Assembly (NCBI GenBank): GCA_963708025.1
Contig: CAVPSB010000022.1
Coordinates: 96,001-160,000, forward strand
From: an uncultured Candidatus Rokubacteria bacterium
GTDB taxonomy: Bacteria > Methylomirabilota > Methylomirabilia > Rokubacteriales > DASRDR01
Length of the DNA: 64,000 bases
Direction: 5' to 3'
The notes under the pieces were generated by a model. That model was not told where the DNA came from and ran no database searches. It was given only the letters and a program-made list of their open reading frames with translations. The position numbers and the translations under genes were made by a program. Below are positions 9,204 to 18,657 of the stretch, in pieces. The first letter of the stretch is position 1; every line of letters starts with the position of its first letter.

Positions 9204-9998
9204 ATGGCCCCGGCGCGAACAGCCGGCGGAGTCGCCACGCCCTATGCCCAGCCGGCCGCCTACGACGTGGCCTTCGCCGCCCACCGGGAAACCGAGGTCG
9301 CGTTCCTGGTCGGCTGCTTCCGGCGGTGGGGTCGCGGCGGGGTCCGGCGGGTCCTCGACATCGCGTGCGGGACCGGCCCCCACCTGGTCCGCCTCGCACG
9401 ACGCGGCTACCGCGTGACCGGCCTCGACACCTCGGCGGCGAACCTCGCGTACGTCGCCGCCCGGGCGCGGCGCGCGGGGGTCGCCGTCACCCTCACGGCG
9501 CAGGACATGGGCACGTTCCGGCTGACGGAGCGACACGACGCGGCGATCTGTCTCCAGAACTCTCAGGGCTATCTGCTGACGAACGCCGACCTGCTCCGGC
9601 ATTTCCGGAGCGTCACCCGCGCGCTCCGCCCGGGTGGCCTCTACGTCTTCGACCGGTACCTCCTGTCCTCGTGGCGCGACCCGGTCCGACGCTGGCTCTG
9701 GGAGCGACGGCGGGGCGGCCTCACGGTGCGGAGCGCGCTCTCGATGCTCCACGACGTGGACCCCGTGTGCCAGACCTTCGAAGAGCGGTTGACCCTGGAG
9801 GTCGGCGAGGGTCCGGCCTCCGCCGTCTACCGGCACGCCGAGCGCTCGCGGCTGGTCTTCCCCCAGGAGCTCCGCACGCTGGTCGCGCTGGCCGGTGGCT
9901 TCGAGTGGCTCGGCTGGTTCTCGCGCTACAGCCTGGCCCGACCGCTCGAGCGCGCCCGCCGGCCGATCATGCTGATCGCGGTCCTGCGCCGCCGCTGA
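9204..9998 (+). CDS. Class I SAM-dependent methyltransferase, paralog 2
   Basis: VLDIACGTG, TGLDTS, QDM, DAAICL, ALRPGGLYVFD; collinear with paralog 1. Confidence 0.85.
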   Translation: MAPARTAGGVATPYAQPAAYDVAFAAHRETEVAFLVGCFRRWGRGGVRRVLDIACGTGPHLVRLARRGYRVTGLDTSAANLAYVAARARRAGVAVTLTAQDMGTFRLTERHDAAICLQNSQGYLLTNADLLRHFRSVTRALRPGGLYVFDRYLLSSWRDPVRRWLWERRRGGLTVRSALSMLHDVDPVCQTFEERLTLEVGEGPASAVYRHAERSRLVFPQELRTLVALAGGFEWLGWFSRYSLARPLERARRPIMLIAVLRRR

Positions 9999-10017
9999 CG
10001 GGGCAGGACGTCCGACG

Positions 10018-11193
10018 GTGGCCCGGCTCGTCCTCCGTCCCCGTCACGAGGCCCGGCTCCTGGCCGGGCATCCCTGGGTCTACCGCTCCGACGTGGCGCG
10101 GCTGGACGGCCCCTGGCGCCCGGACGAGGCGGTGACGGTCGCGGACGCCGCCGGCCGCGTGGTCGGGCGCGGCTTCTACAACCCGCGCCCCCAGATCGTG
10201 TGCCGCCTCCTGACGCGGCTCGACGAGCCGGTGGACCGGGCCTTCTTCGAGCGCCGGCTCCAGGCGGCGTGGCGCTTCCGCCAGTCGCTCGGCTACGACG
10301 GCGATGCCGGCCGGGTGGTGGGGAGCGAGGGCGACGGGCTGCCCGGCCTGATCCTGGACCGCTACGCAGACACGTTAGTCCTCCAGACGCTGACCCTCGG
10401 GATCGCGGCGCACGCGGCCACGCTCGCGGAGCTGGCGGCCGCCACCGTGGGCGCGCGGGCGGTGTACCGGCGAGCCGACGCCGCGGCGGCGGCGATCGAA
10501 GGGCTCGAGGACGGCTCGGGCTGGCTCGTGGGTGAGGCGGCGCTCGACGTGGAGATCCGCGAGGGCCCCTGCCGCTTCCGCGTCGATCTCGCCGCCGGGC
10601 ACAAGACCGGCTTCTACCTCGACCAGCGGGAGAACCGCCCCGCCGTCGCGCGGCTGGCCGCCGGCCGCGAGGTGCTCGACGCCTTCTGTTACACCGGGGC
10701 CTTCAGCGCCTGGGCCCTCCGGAGCGGCGCCGACGGGGTCGTGGGCGTGGAGTCCTCGGCCGAGGCCGGGGAGCGGGCCCGGGCCCACGCCGAGCTGAAC
10801 GGCGGCGCCGGCCGCTTCACGCTGCTCCAGGGGAACGCGTTCGACGTCCTCCGGGACTTCCAGCGGGATGGCCGGCGGTTCGATCTCGTCGTCCTCGACC
10901 CCCCGTCGTTCACCCGCCGCAAGACCGCCGTCGAGCCCGCGCTGCGGGGCTACAAGGAGATCAACCTCCGCGCCCTCGCCTGTCTCCGGCCCGGGGGCCT
11001 CCTCGCCACCTTCTCGTGCTCGCACCACGTGAGCCCCGCCCTCTTCGAGGAGGTCTGCCGGGCGGCGGCAGGCGATGCCCGGCGCACCGTCCGCGTCCGG
11101 GCAACGTACCTCCAGGCCCAGGACCACCCCATCATCCTGACCATCCCGGAGACGCGCTACCTGAAGGGCTTCCTGCTGGAAGCTCTGGACTAG
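10018..11193 (+). CDS. rlmI: RlmI-like 23S rRNA m5C methyltransferase (PUA + SAM domains)
   Basis: GHPWVYRS, SEGDGLPGLILDRY, GHKTGFYLDQRENR, VVLDPPSF, DHP...PETRYLKG. Confidence 0.85.
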   Translation: MARLVLRPRHEARLLAGHPWVYRSDVARLDGPWRPDEAVTVADAAGRVVGRGFYNPRPQIVCRLLTRLDEPVDRAFFERRLQAAWRFRQSLGYDGDAGRVVGSEGDGLPGLILDRYADTLVLQTLTLGIAAHAATLAELAAATVGARAVYRRADAAAAAIEGLEDGSGWLVGEAALDVEIREGPCRFRVDLAAGHKTGFYLDQRENRPAVARLAAGREVLDAFCYTGAFSAWALRSGADGVVGVESSAEAGERARAHAELNGGAGRFTLLQGNAFDVLRDFQRDGRRFDLVVLDPPSFTRRKTAVEPALRGYKEINLRALACLRPGGLLATFSCSHHVSPALFEEVCRAAAGDARRTVRVRATYLQAQDHPIILTIPETRYLKGFLLEALD

Positions 11194-11307
11194 ACCAGTC
11201 GAGCCGAACCAGACCGGGCGCGTCGCCCCTGCCTCCCCGGCAACTGTCTACGCAACCTCGATCGAACCGATCTCGCAGTGGGCGCTCGGACGAGGAGGAC
11301 GGGGCCG

Positions 11308-12362
11308 ATGACTTCGCACGCAAGACCCGCTTTGGCCACGACCGAAGCGTCCCATCGAACAATCCGAAACATCACCGGCTCGCTCGTGGCGCTCGTGCTG
11401 GTGGCCGGACCGTCGAGTGCCGTAGCTACCGTCACCGTATTCGGGCCGACGCTGTACACCCAGACGGGAAGTGCCCCTGTCCATTCGTGCCTGCCGAACC
11501 GGGCCGCGAAGGTCCGGACGGAGAACGGGCCACAGGGTCGCCCCAAGGTGACGAGGGCAACGGTTCGTCTCAACGGCAGACCGTGATCAGCTTCACGTCG
11601 AGCGGCGGCAACCCGATCCGCGAGAAAGTGGTCACGCTCAACGCCGACAACACGATCGCCGTCACCACCCTGTCCGGCCCGACCGGGGCGACACTGGCCG
11701 TGAGCATCCTGAGCGACGTTCCGTGTCTCGACGTGACGATCGCCAGTCCCAGTCCGGGCGTCCAGGTACCCCAGGGGCCGCTGGTCGTGCGTGGCACGGT
11801 CCCGGCCATCGCCGGGGCCGGTGTGACGGTCAACGGCGTGCCCGCCGCCGTGGCCGGGACGGCGTTCGGCGCGGTCGTGCCGATCGACGCGACCGTGAGC
11901 GAGCTGGTTGTCCTGGCCGTCGCCCCTGATGGCACGCGAGGCGAGGCCCGCCGCGCACTCCTGGTGTCGGAGGACGAGGCCCCCGTGATCCTGCGGGCCA
12001 CCCCGAGATCCGGCCCCGCCCCGCTCGATGTCGAATTCAATCTCACGACCTCGGTGCCGGTGATCAGCGTCTCCCTGGATCTCCAAGGATCGGGAACCCC
12101 CACGTTCCAGGGGCCGACGCTCCAGGGGCAGACGTTCAGCTATCCCAGCCCGGGGCTCTTCTATCCTGTAGTCACGGTGACCGACGACCAGGGCCAGCAG
12201 CACGTCGCCACGACGCTCGTCAACGTCCAGGACCTTGCGGCGCTCGACGGTCAGCTTCAGGCCAAGTGGGCGGCGCTTCGCACCGCCCTCGCGCAGGGCG
12301 ACGTGGTGGCGGCGAGTGCCCTCTTCACGGGGCGGCGCCCGGACAGGGATCGGGAAAGGTGA
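11308..12362 (+). pseudogene. Secreted Ig-like/PKD-domain protein, frameshifted and apparently C-terminally truncated
   Basis: RBS GAGGAGG + ATG 11308, signal peptide, VFGP motif; frameshift ~11580 into VTIASPSPG...VTVNGVPA...SGPAPLDVEF...YPSPGLFYPVVTVTDDQG. Confidence 0.6.
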
Positions 12363-12593
12363 TCTACTACCTCTCGCCGTCGGATCAGCCCGTGACATGC
12401 CGCTTCATCTTCAAGGGTCGCTTCGACGGCGACCCGCCGCTCGTCCCAGGCTCCGATCCCTCCAGTTGGCCCGTACGGAGCGCTCACGCCGTGGCCTGCC
12501 CCGTCTCGTAGGAGCCGCGTCTCCCTCGGGGCCTCTCGAGGCTCCCACGGGAGTCGCCGTCAACCCCGGCTACTGGGGCCTGGAGAAGCGGGA

Positions 12594-13169
12594 ATGAGCC
12601 GGCGCGCGGCTCACATGGGCCTGGGGCCGCTCATCCTGCTGGCGGCGCTCCTCATGGCGCCACAGCCGGGCAGGGGGCAGCCCTACCTCGAAGGGTATCG
12701 GGGACCCTATCACGGACGCGTCGTGGACGCGGAGACCGGCCGCCCGCTGGCCGGGGCGGTGGTCGTGGCGGTGTGGAGCCGGGAACGGCTCCTGCCCTTC
12801 CACTCATCGACCGTGTTCCACGCGGTGCGCGAAGCCTTGACCGGGCCGGACGGAACCTGGGTCCTCGACGGCCGCGACGTAGAGGAGCACGCGCCGGCCC
12901 GGACCCTGCCCCCATCGTTCGACGTCTACTACCCAGGATACGCGGCCATCACCAGCGGAGCGTTCACTAGGTTCGGCGGCTCTGAGATAGGTGACATGGC
13001 CGCCGGCGGCACCGTCCGCCTCCCGCGGCTCCGGACGCGGGAGGACCGCCGCCTGAGGTTCCCTCTGGTGCCCGACACTCCGAGGCCGTTTCGGGACGTA
13101 CCGAACCTGATGCGGCTGATCAACATCGAACGAGCAAATCTCGGTTTGGAGCCGTTGTACGGCGAATGA
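12594..13169 (+). CDS. Secreted protein with a carboxypeptidase-regulatory-like (transthyretin-like) domain
   Basis: Signal peptide then GPYHGRVVDAETGRPLAGAVVVAVW...ALTGPDG...YYPGY. Confidence 0.75.
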   Translation: MSRRAAHMGLGPLILLAALLMAPQPGRGQPYLEGYRGPYHGRVVDAETGRPLAGAVVVAVWSRERLLPFHSSTVFHAVREALTGPDGTWVLDGRDVEEHAPARTLPPSFDVYYPGYAAITSGAFTRFGGSEIGDMAAGGTVRLPRLRTREDRRLRFPLVPDTPRPFRDVPNLMRLINIERANLGLEPLYGE

Positions 13170-13330
13170 GACGCATGGAGGAGCGATGAATGGCTCACAC
13201 ACTGTGCGACGGCACGCTTCCGGATGAGACCGCGCGAGCGCCGGCCAGGGGCCCCGGCGAGTCCCGAGGACCCCTGGCGGCGCTCGGGCCGGGAATCTAC
13301 CGGCCTGCCGAGGCTCGCCCTCCGAGTCGA

Positions 13331-13924
13331 TCAGTCGTCGTCGTCTTCGTCCAGCTGGGCGCGGATCTCGCCGGGGGCGAACCGATCGGTGTGGACGTTC
13401 GCGTAGACCGCGCCGGTCCGTAGGGCCTCCAGAAGGGCGTCGAAGCCCTCCTCACCGGCGGGGAGCCCTTGGCCGGCCAGCGCGAGAACGTGCTGCGGGC
13501 GGATGGTGCCGGTCACTTTCCCGGAGGGGCTCGGGCACGTTGCGGTGTCCGCCGCCACGGTGGCGGGGGCGGGATTTTCCGTCGACTCGCACAGCCACAC
13601 GGTGATGCCGCCGGTGGTGTGCCTCTGGCCGAAGTGGAGGTGAGCCTGGTTGACGAACTGAGTGCCCGCGATCGTCGTGTCGCCGGCGTCGGGGAAGGCG
13701 TAGGTCAGCTCGAAATGGATCTCGCGGTCATGCTTGTCGATCCTGAGCTTGATCCGACCGCTGCCGGTACTGAAGATGGCGCCAACGCCGAGGGACGGGC
13801 CGTGCACTTCGTTGAATCCCGAGAGCGTCGCGCGGAGCCGGTCATCGTCGGCCTGGCCCGGCGCCGGGGCCAGGAGGGCGAGTAGCCCGACTGCGGCCAA
13901 GAAGGTCCTGAAGCGTCCGTTCAC
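13331..13924 (-). CDS. Secreted CHRD-domain protein
   Basis: Signal peptide, ATLSGFNEV, QAHLHFG, YANVHTDRFAPGEIRAQL; RBS AAGGAGG. Confidence 0.88.
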   Translation of the reverse strand: MNGRFRTFLAAVGLLALLAPAPGQADDDRLRATLSGFNEVHGPSLGVGAIFSTGSGRIKLRIDKHDREIHFELTYAFPDAGDTTIAGTQFVNQAHLHFGQRHTTGGITVWLCESTENPAPATVAADTATCPSPSGKVTGTIRPQHVLALAGQGLPAGEEGFDALLEALRTGAVYANVHTDRFAPGEIRAQLDEDDDD

Positions 13925-14425
13925 CTTTCTTCCTCCTTCGATAGGTCGACAGGACTTCGGCGACCCGCCCCCCGGACCGACCCCAACTCAAGGCCCGGGC
14001 GAGGCGGTCCCTCCCCTTCTTCCCCCGTTGCGCTGGCGCTCCTCCTTTCTCGCCGGAATCGCGAGCGTTGCTCGAACTGCCTGGAGGGGGGACACAGGAT
14101 GACGCAGGAGTGCAATCGACCATGGACGCCGCTCTCGACGTGCCGTCCCGACCTCCCACAGCCCGCCCCGGACGGGAGCAACGCAGGATCACTCCGCCTT
14201 CGCCCCCGCGAGGTGGGCCGTCCCGGGTGCCGGGTCGGCTTCGCAGGGGCAGGCAGCGGGCGCCTCACTCGGCCGGGCGCCCATCGCCTGGGCGGAGGTG
14301 ACGTTGGTGAAACCCCCGACCCGCGGCTCCGGTTCCGTCGCCGGCCTCGCGCCGCCACTTCCCATCCGGGATTTGGCGCCAGGCGACGTCCGGGGGGCGT
14401 CAGTCGGCTGGCAGGTCTGGTGGGA

Positions 14426-15053
14426 TCAGTGGGCGCGGGGGCTGGTGAGGCGGCGGTACGCCACCCGGGCCACCCAGACCGCGAGCGCGACGGCCACGAG
14501 CCCGCCCGCGATGGTGCTGTAGCGGACCAGGAGCTCCGTCGCCCACTCCAGGTGGCTGCCGGCCCAGAGCCCGATGCCCACGACGAACACGTTCCAGACG
14601 ACCACGGCGAAGCCGGCGAAGACGCAGACCTTCCAGGCAGGGAAAGTCGGCGAGCCCGGCCGCCGGCATGACCAGCGCCCGGATCCCGGGGAGGAAGCGG
14701 GAGACCGCGATGGCGGGGGCGCCGTAACGCGCGAACCAGCCCTCGAGCTTCCAGAGCTTCTCGGCCGGGACGTAGCGTCGCATCGGGCCGGCCAGGAGCG
14801 ACCGGCCCCAGCGGCGACAGATCCAGAAGACCGCCAGGACCCCGACCTGGGTCCCGAGCACGGCGGCCAGGAAGACCAGGGACGGCGCCACGACCCCGCG
14901 CCCGGCGAGGAAGCCGGCGTAGACGGCGATGACGTCGGTCGGCCAGGGCGGGAAGAAGCTCTCGAGAATGCAGCTCCCGAAGACGACGGCGTAGACGACG
15001 GCGGGCGGGATGCCGGGGTCGAGCAGGACGGCGGCGAGATGGTCCAGCTTCAC
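14426..15053 (-). CDS. DedA family membrane protein (frameshift ~14641)
   Basis: ESFFPPWPTD...AGFLAGRG...WFARYG...SRFLPGIR...PAAG. Confidence 0.85.
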
Positions 15054-15095
15054 GCGGCCGGGCCGGGACCCGTCAGAGACCGAGCCGCGTCGCGA

Positions 15096-15773
15096 TCACG
15101 GCCCCACGACGAGACGCTCGGGCCGGCCTTCGGCGCGCTGGACCGCGAATGGCAGCGTGAGCACCCGCGGGACGTCGCCGAGACGGTAGTGGAACTCGAA
15201 GGTGAGCCGGCTCGCCTCGCGGCGCAGCCGGGGGAAGTAGACGTAGCCCTGGAGGCGGGCCTGGGGCTGCAGCGTGCCGACCGGCAGCGCCTGGCCCAGG
15301 ACGTCGTCGAGGCGAAGCGGCGCGTAGTCCCAGTAGTAGGGCGGGCCCCACCACCACGGATACCAGAACCCCGGCCGCCGCCAGTGGAGCGACGCCGAGG
15401 TCGCCGCCGCCGCCAGCCGTGCCTCGGGGTCCCGGCCGCCCCAGCGCAGCAGCCGGCCCACGTCCCCCGGCGGGATGGCGGTGTACTGGAAGCGCTCTTC
15501 GTCGAACAGCCGGAGGTCGCCGTAGTCGTACTGGAGCGGCTGGCTGGTGCCGTTGACGATCACGACGTGGAAGGGCGTGACGTAGGCCGGCAGGTAGGAG
15601 GGGGAACCGTCCCACGCCGACGGGCGGACCAGGATCTCGACGCCGTCGGCCGCGGCGCTGGCGCCCCCTTGCGGATCGAGGGCAACCCCGGGTGCCGGGA
15701 CCGACACGACCCGCGTGGTCGCGCAGCCGGCCAGGAGCGCGGCGCCGAGCGTGAGGGCGAGGCCCAGGCGCAC
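15096..15773 (-). CDS. Hypothetical lipoprotein
   Basis: GTG start after GGAGGGG; lipobox LLAG|C; aromatic/Pro-rich PGFWYPWWWGPPYYW segment. Confidence 0.7.
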   Translation of the reverse strand: MRLGLALTLGAALLAGCATTRVVSVPAPGVALDPQGGASAAADGVEILVRPSAWDGSPSYLPAYVTPFHVVIVNGTSQPLQYDYGDLRLFDEERFQYTAIPPGDVGRLLRWGGRDPEARLAAAATSASLHWRRPGFWYPWWWGPPYYWDYAPLRLDDVLGQALPVGTLQPQARLQGYVYFPRLRREASRLTFEFHYRLGDVPRVLTLPFAVQRAEGRPERLVVGP

Positions 15774-15796
15774 GCCCCTCCGTTCGGGACCTCCCG

Positions 15797-15883
15797 CCCA
15801 CCCGACCATTCGACGGCCTTCGGCCTCTGGCCCCCCTCCCCCACGATTCGACGGCCTTCGGCCTTTGGCCGGGGGGAGGAGGG
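15797..15883. repeat. Repeat family C: two tandem GACGGCCTTCGGCC hairpin units
   Basis: ATTCGACGGCCTTCGGCCTYTGGCC at 15808 and 15846; same architecture as 27803..27890. Confidence 0.8.
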
Positions 15884-15920
15884 AGCCGGATCTGACTGCA
15901 TCACGTGCGCTCAGAGCCTC

Positions 15921-18612
15921 TCACCCTCCCGCGGCGGTCGCCACCCAGTCGTAGACGGAGGCCAGCGCGCCATCCAGCGCCGCCGGGTTCTTTCCTCCGG
16001 CCTGCGCCAGGTCTGGCCGGCCGCCGCCGCCGCCGTCCACGGCCTTCGCGACCTGCTGGACCAGCTTGCCGGCGTGGAAGCGCTTGCGTGAGATCCTTGG
16101 TGACGGCGCCGACGAGGCTCACCTTTCCATCCGACACGCTCCCGAGACAGACGACGCCGGAGCCCAGTCGCTCGCGCACCGAGTCCGCGACCGTGCGCAG
16201 GCCTTCCGGATCGAGCCCGTCGAGCCGCGCCACGACGACCGCCACGCCGCCCACCTGCCGGGCCCCCGCCACCAGCTCCTGGGCCCGGCCCCTCGCGAGC
16301 CGCGCCTCCAGCTCGGCCAGGCGCTTCTCCAGCGCCCGCTGCTCCTCGAGCAGCTTGCCCAGGCGCCGGGGCACCTCGAGCGGCGGGATCTTGAGGAGGT
16401 CGGCCGTCTCGCGGAGCGCCGCCTCCTCCTGCCCGACGTGGCGCAGGGCGGCCGGGCCGGTCACCGCCTCGAGCCGCCGGACGCCGGCGGCGACCGCGCC
16501 CTCGCCGACCACCTTGAAGAGCCCGATCTGCCCGGTGGCGTCGAGATGCGTCCCGCCGCAGAGCTCGGTCGAGAAGTCGCCGATCTTCACGACGCGGACG
16601 CGCTGGCCGTACTTCTCCCCGAAGAGCGCGAGCGCGCCCATCCGCAGGGCCTCGTCCTTCTCGGTCCAGAACGGGTCGACGGCGATGTTGTCCTGGACCT
16701 TCTCGTTGACCAGCGTCTCGACGTGCTCCAGGTCGCGGTCCTTGACCGGGGCGCCGTGCGTGAAGTCGAAGCGCAGCCGCTCGGGCGCCACCAGCGAGCC
16801 CGCCTGGGTGACGTGCGTGCCCAGGACGCGCCGGAGCGCGGCGTGGAGCAGGTGCGTCCCGGTGTGGTGGAGACGCAGTCCCTGCCGGCGCGGCGACTCC
16901 ACGGCCACCGCCACCTCTTCCCCCTCGCGGAAGCCGCCCTCGGTGACGCGCAGCCGGTGGACGATCAGCCCCGGCACCGCGTACTGGGTGTCGGCGATCT
17001 CCCCCCGTCCCTGCCGGCCGGTGAGCTGACCGGCGTCGCCGATCTGGCCACCCGACTCCGCGTAGAACGGCGTCCGGTCGAGGATCACCTCGACCTCGTC
17101 GCCGGCCACCGCCTCTCGGCGCCGGCGGCCGCCGGCCACCATGGCCAGGATGCGGGCCGGCGCCGTCAGGGCCTCGTAGCCCAGGAACTCGACCGCCGGC
17201 AGCTCGGTGGCCAACGCCTGGTAGACTTTCTGGGTCTCCTCGTCGGCAGCGGCCCCGAACGTCGCCGCGGCGCGAGCCCGCTCGCGCTGCGCCGCCATCG
17301 CCCTCTCGTACCCCGCCCGCGTCGCTTCGCTGACGACCGCCCCCGGCTGCACCTTGAGGATGTCCTCGGCCTGGTCGGGCGGCAGGCCGTACGTGTCGTG
17401 GAGCGTGAACAGCGCGTCGCCGGACACGACGCGAACCGAGCCCTCGACGGAGTACAGCTTCCCCTGCTTTTCCAGCTCGGCGATCTTCTCGGGGGCCCGG
17501 TCCAGGACCTCGGCGAAGCGCTCCTCCTCCAGCTTGACGATCTCGGCGACCCGCGACCGCTGCTCGATCAGCTCGGGGTAGACACCGCCCATCTGCTCCG
17601 CCACCGTCCCGGTGACCTGCCAGAGGAACGGCTCCGTCAACCCCAGGTGCCGGCCATAGCTCATCGCCCGCCGCATGATCCGGCGGAGGACGTAGCCCCG
17701 CCACTCGTTGGACGGCAGCACGCCGTCGGAGATCAGGAAGGCCGCCGCCCGGGCGTGGTCGGCGATCACCCGCATGGCGATGTCGCTCTTCTCCCCCTTG
17801 CCGTAGGGCCGCTGGCTCAGGCGCTCGACGTGGGCGAGCAGCGGACGGATCAGGTCGGTCAGGTAGCTCGACTCCACGCCCTGCACGACCGCGGTGATCC
17901 GCTCGAGCCCCATCCCGGTGTCGATCGAGGGCTTGGGAAGCGGGGTCAGGCGGCCCGAGGCGTCCCGGTCGAACTGCATGAAGACCAGGTTCCAGATCTC
18001 GAGCCAGCGGTCGCACTCGCAGGCCGGGCCCTGGCACGAGCGGCCGGCGGCCACTTCCGCGCACGGCAGGTGGTCGCCCTGGTGGTAGTGGAGCTCGGAG
18101 CACGGGCCGCAGGGCCCGGTCTCCCCCATCGCCCAGAAGTTGTCCTTCTCGCCCAGCCGCAGGATCTTCGCCGCCGGCAGCCCGGCCACCGACTGCCAGA
18201 GCCCGAAGGCCTCGTCGTCGTCGGTGTAGACGGTCGCCATGAGTCGGGCCGGCGCGAGGCCCAGGTCCTTCGTCACGAGCTCCCAGGCATAGGCGATCGC
18301 CTCCGCCTTGAAGTAGTCGCCGAAGGAGAAGTTCCCCAGCATCTCGAAGAACGTGTGGTGCCGGGCGGTGTAGCCGACGTTCTCGAGGTCGTTGTGCTTG
18401 CCGCCCGCCCGCACGCACTTCTGGCAGGTGGTGGCCCGCACGTACTCCCGCCGCTCCTCGCCGAGGAACACCGACTTGAACTGGACCATGCCCGCGTTGG
18501 TGAAGAGCAGGGTCGGGTCCTGAGCCGGGACCAGGGGCGAGGAGGGCACGATCGTGTGCCCGTTTCGCTCGAAGTACCGGAGAAAGCGCTCCCGCAGCTC
18601 GTGGCCGGTCAT
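15921..18612 (-). CDS. alaS: Alanine--tRNA ligase (frameshift ~16085)
   Basis: [55 protein letters not shown]-Ala motif in the shifted frame. Confidence 0.97.
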
Positions 18613-18657
18613 AGGCTTTCATCCTACCAGATGCGGGATTCCCTCGCAGCCGGGCGG

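Noticed and set aside
13930-14420. Long intergenic region with inverted repeats (TCGCCTGG/CCAGGCGA) as 6S RNA, SRP RNA or a riboswitch
   Set aside because: No diagnostic motif recognised, and GC-rich pairing is expected by chance; an Rfam scan would be needed
15797-15883. Two-unit direct repeats as a mini-CRISPR
   Set aside because: Spacer is only ~13-18 nt, low complexity and similar between loci; no cas genes
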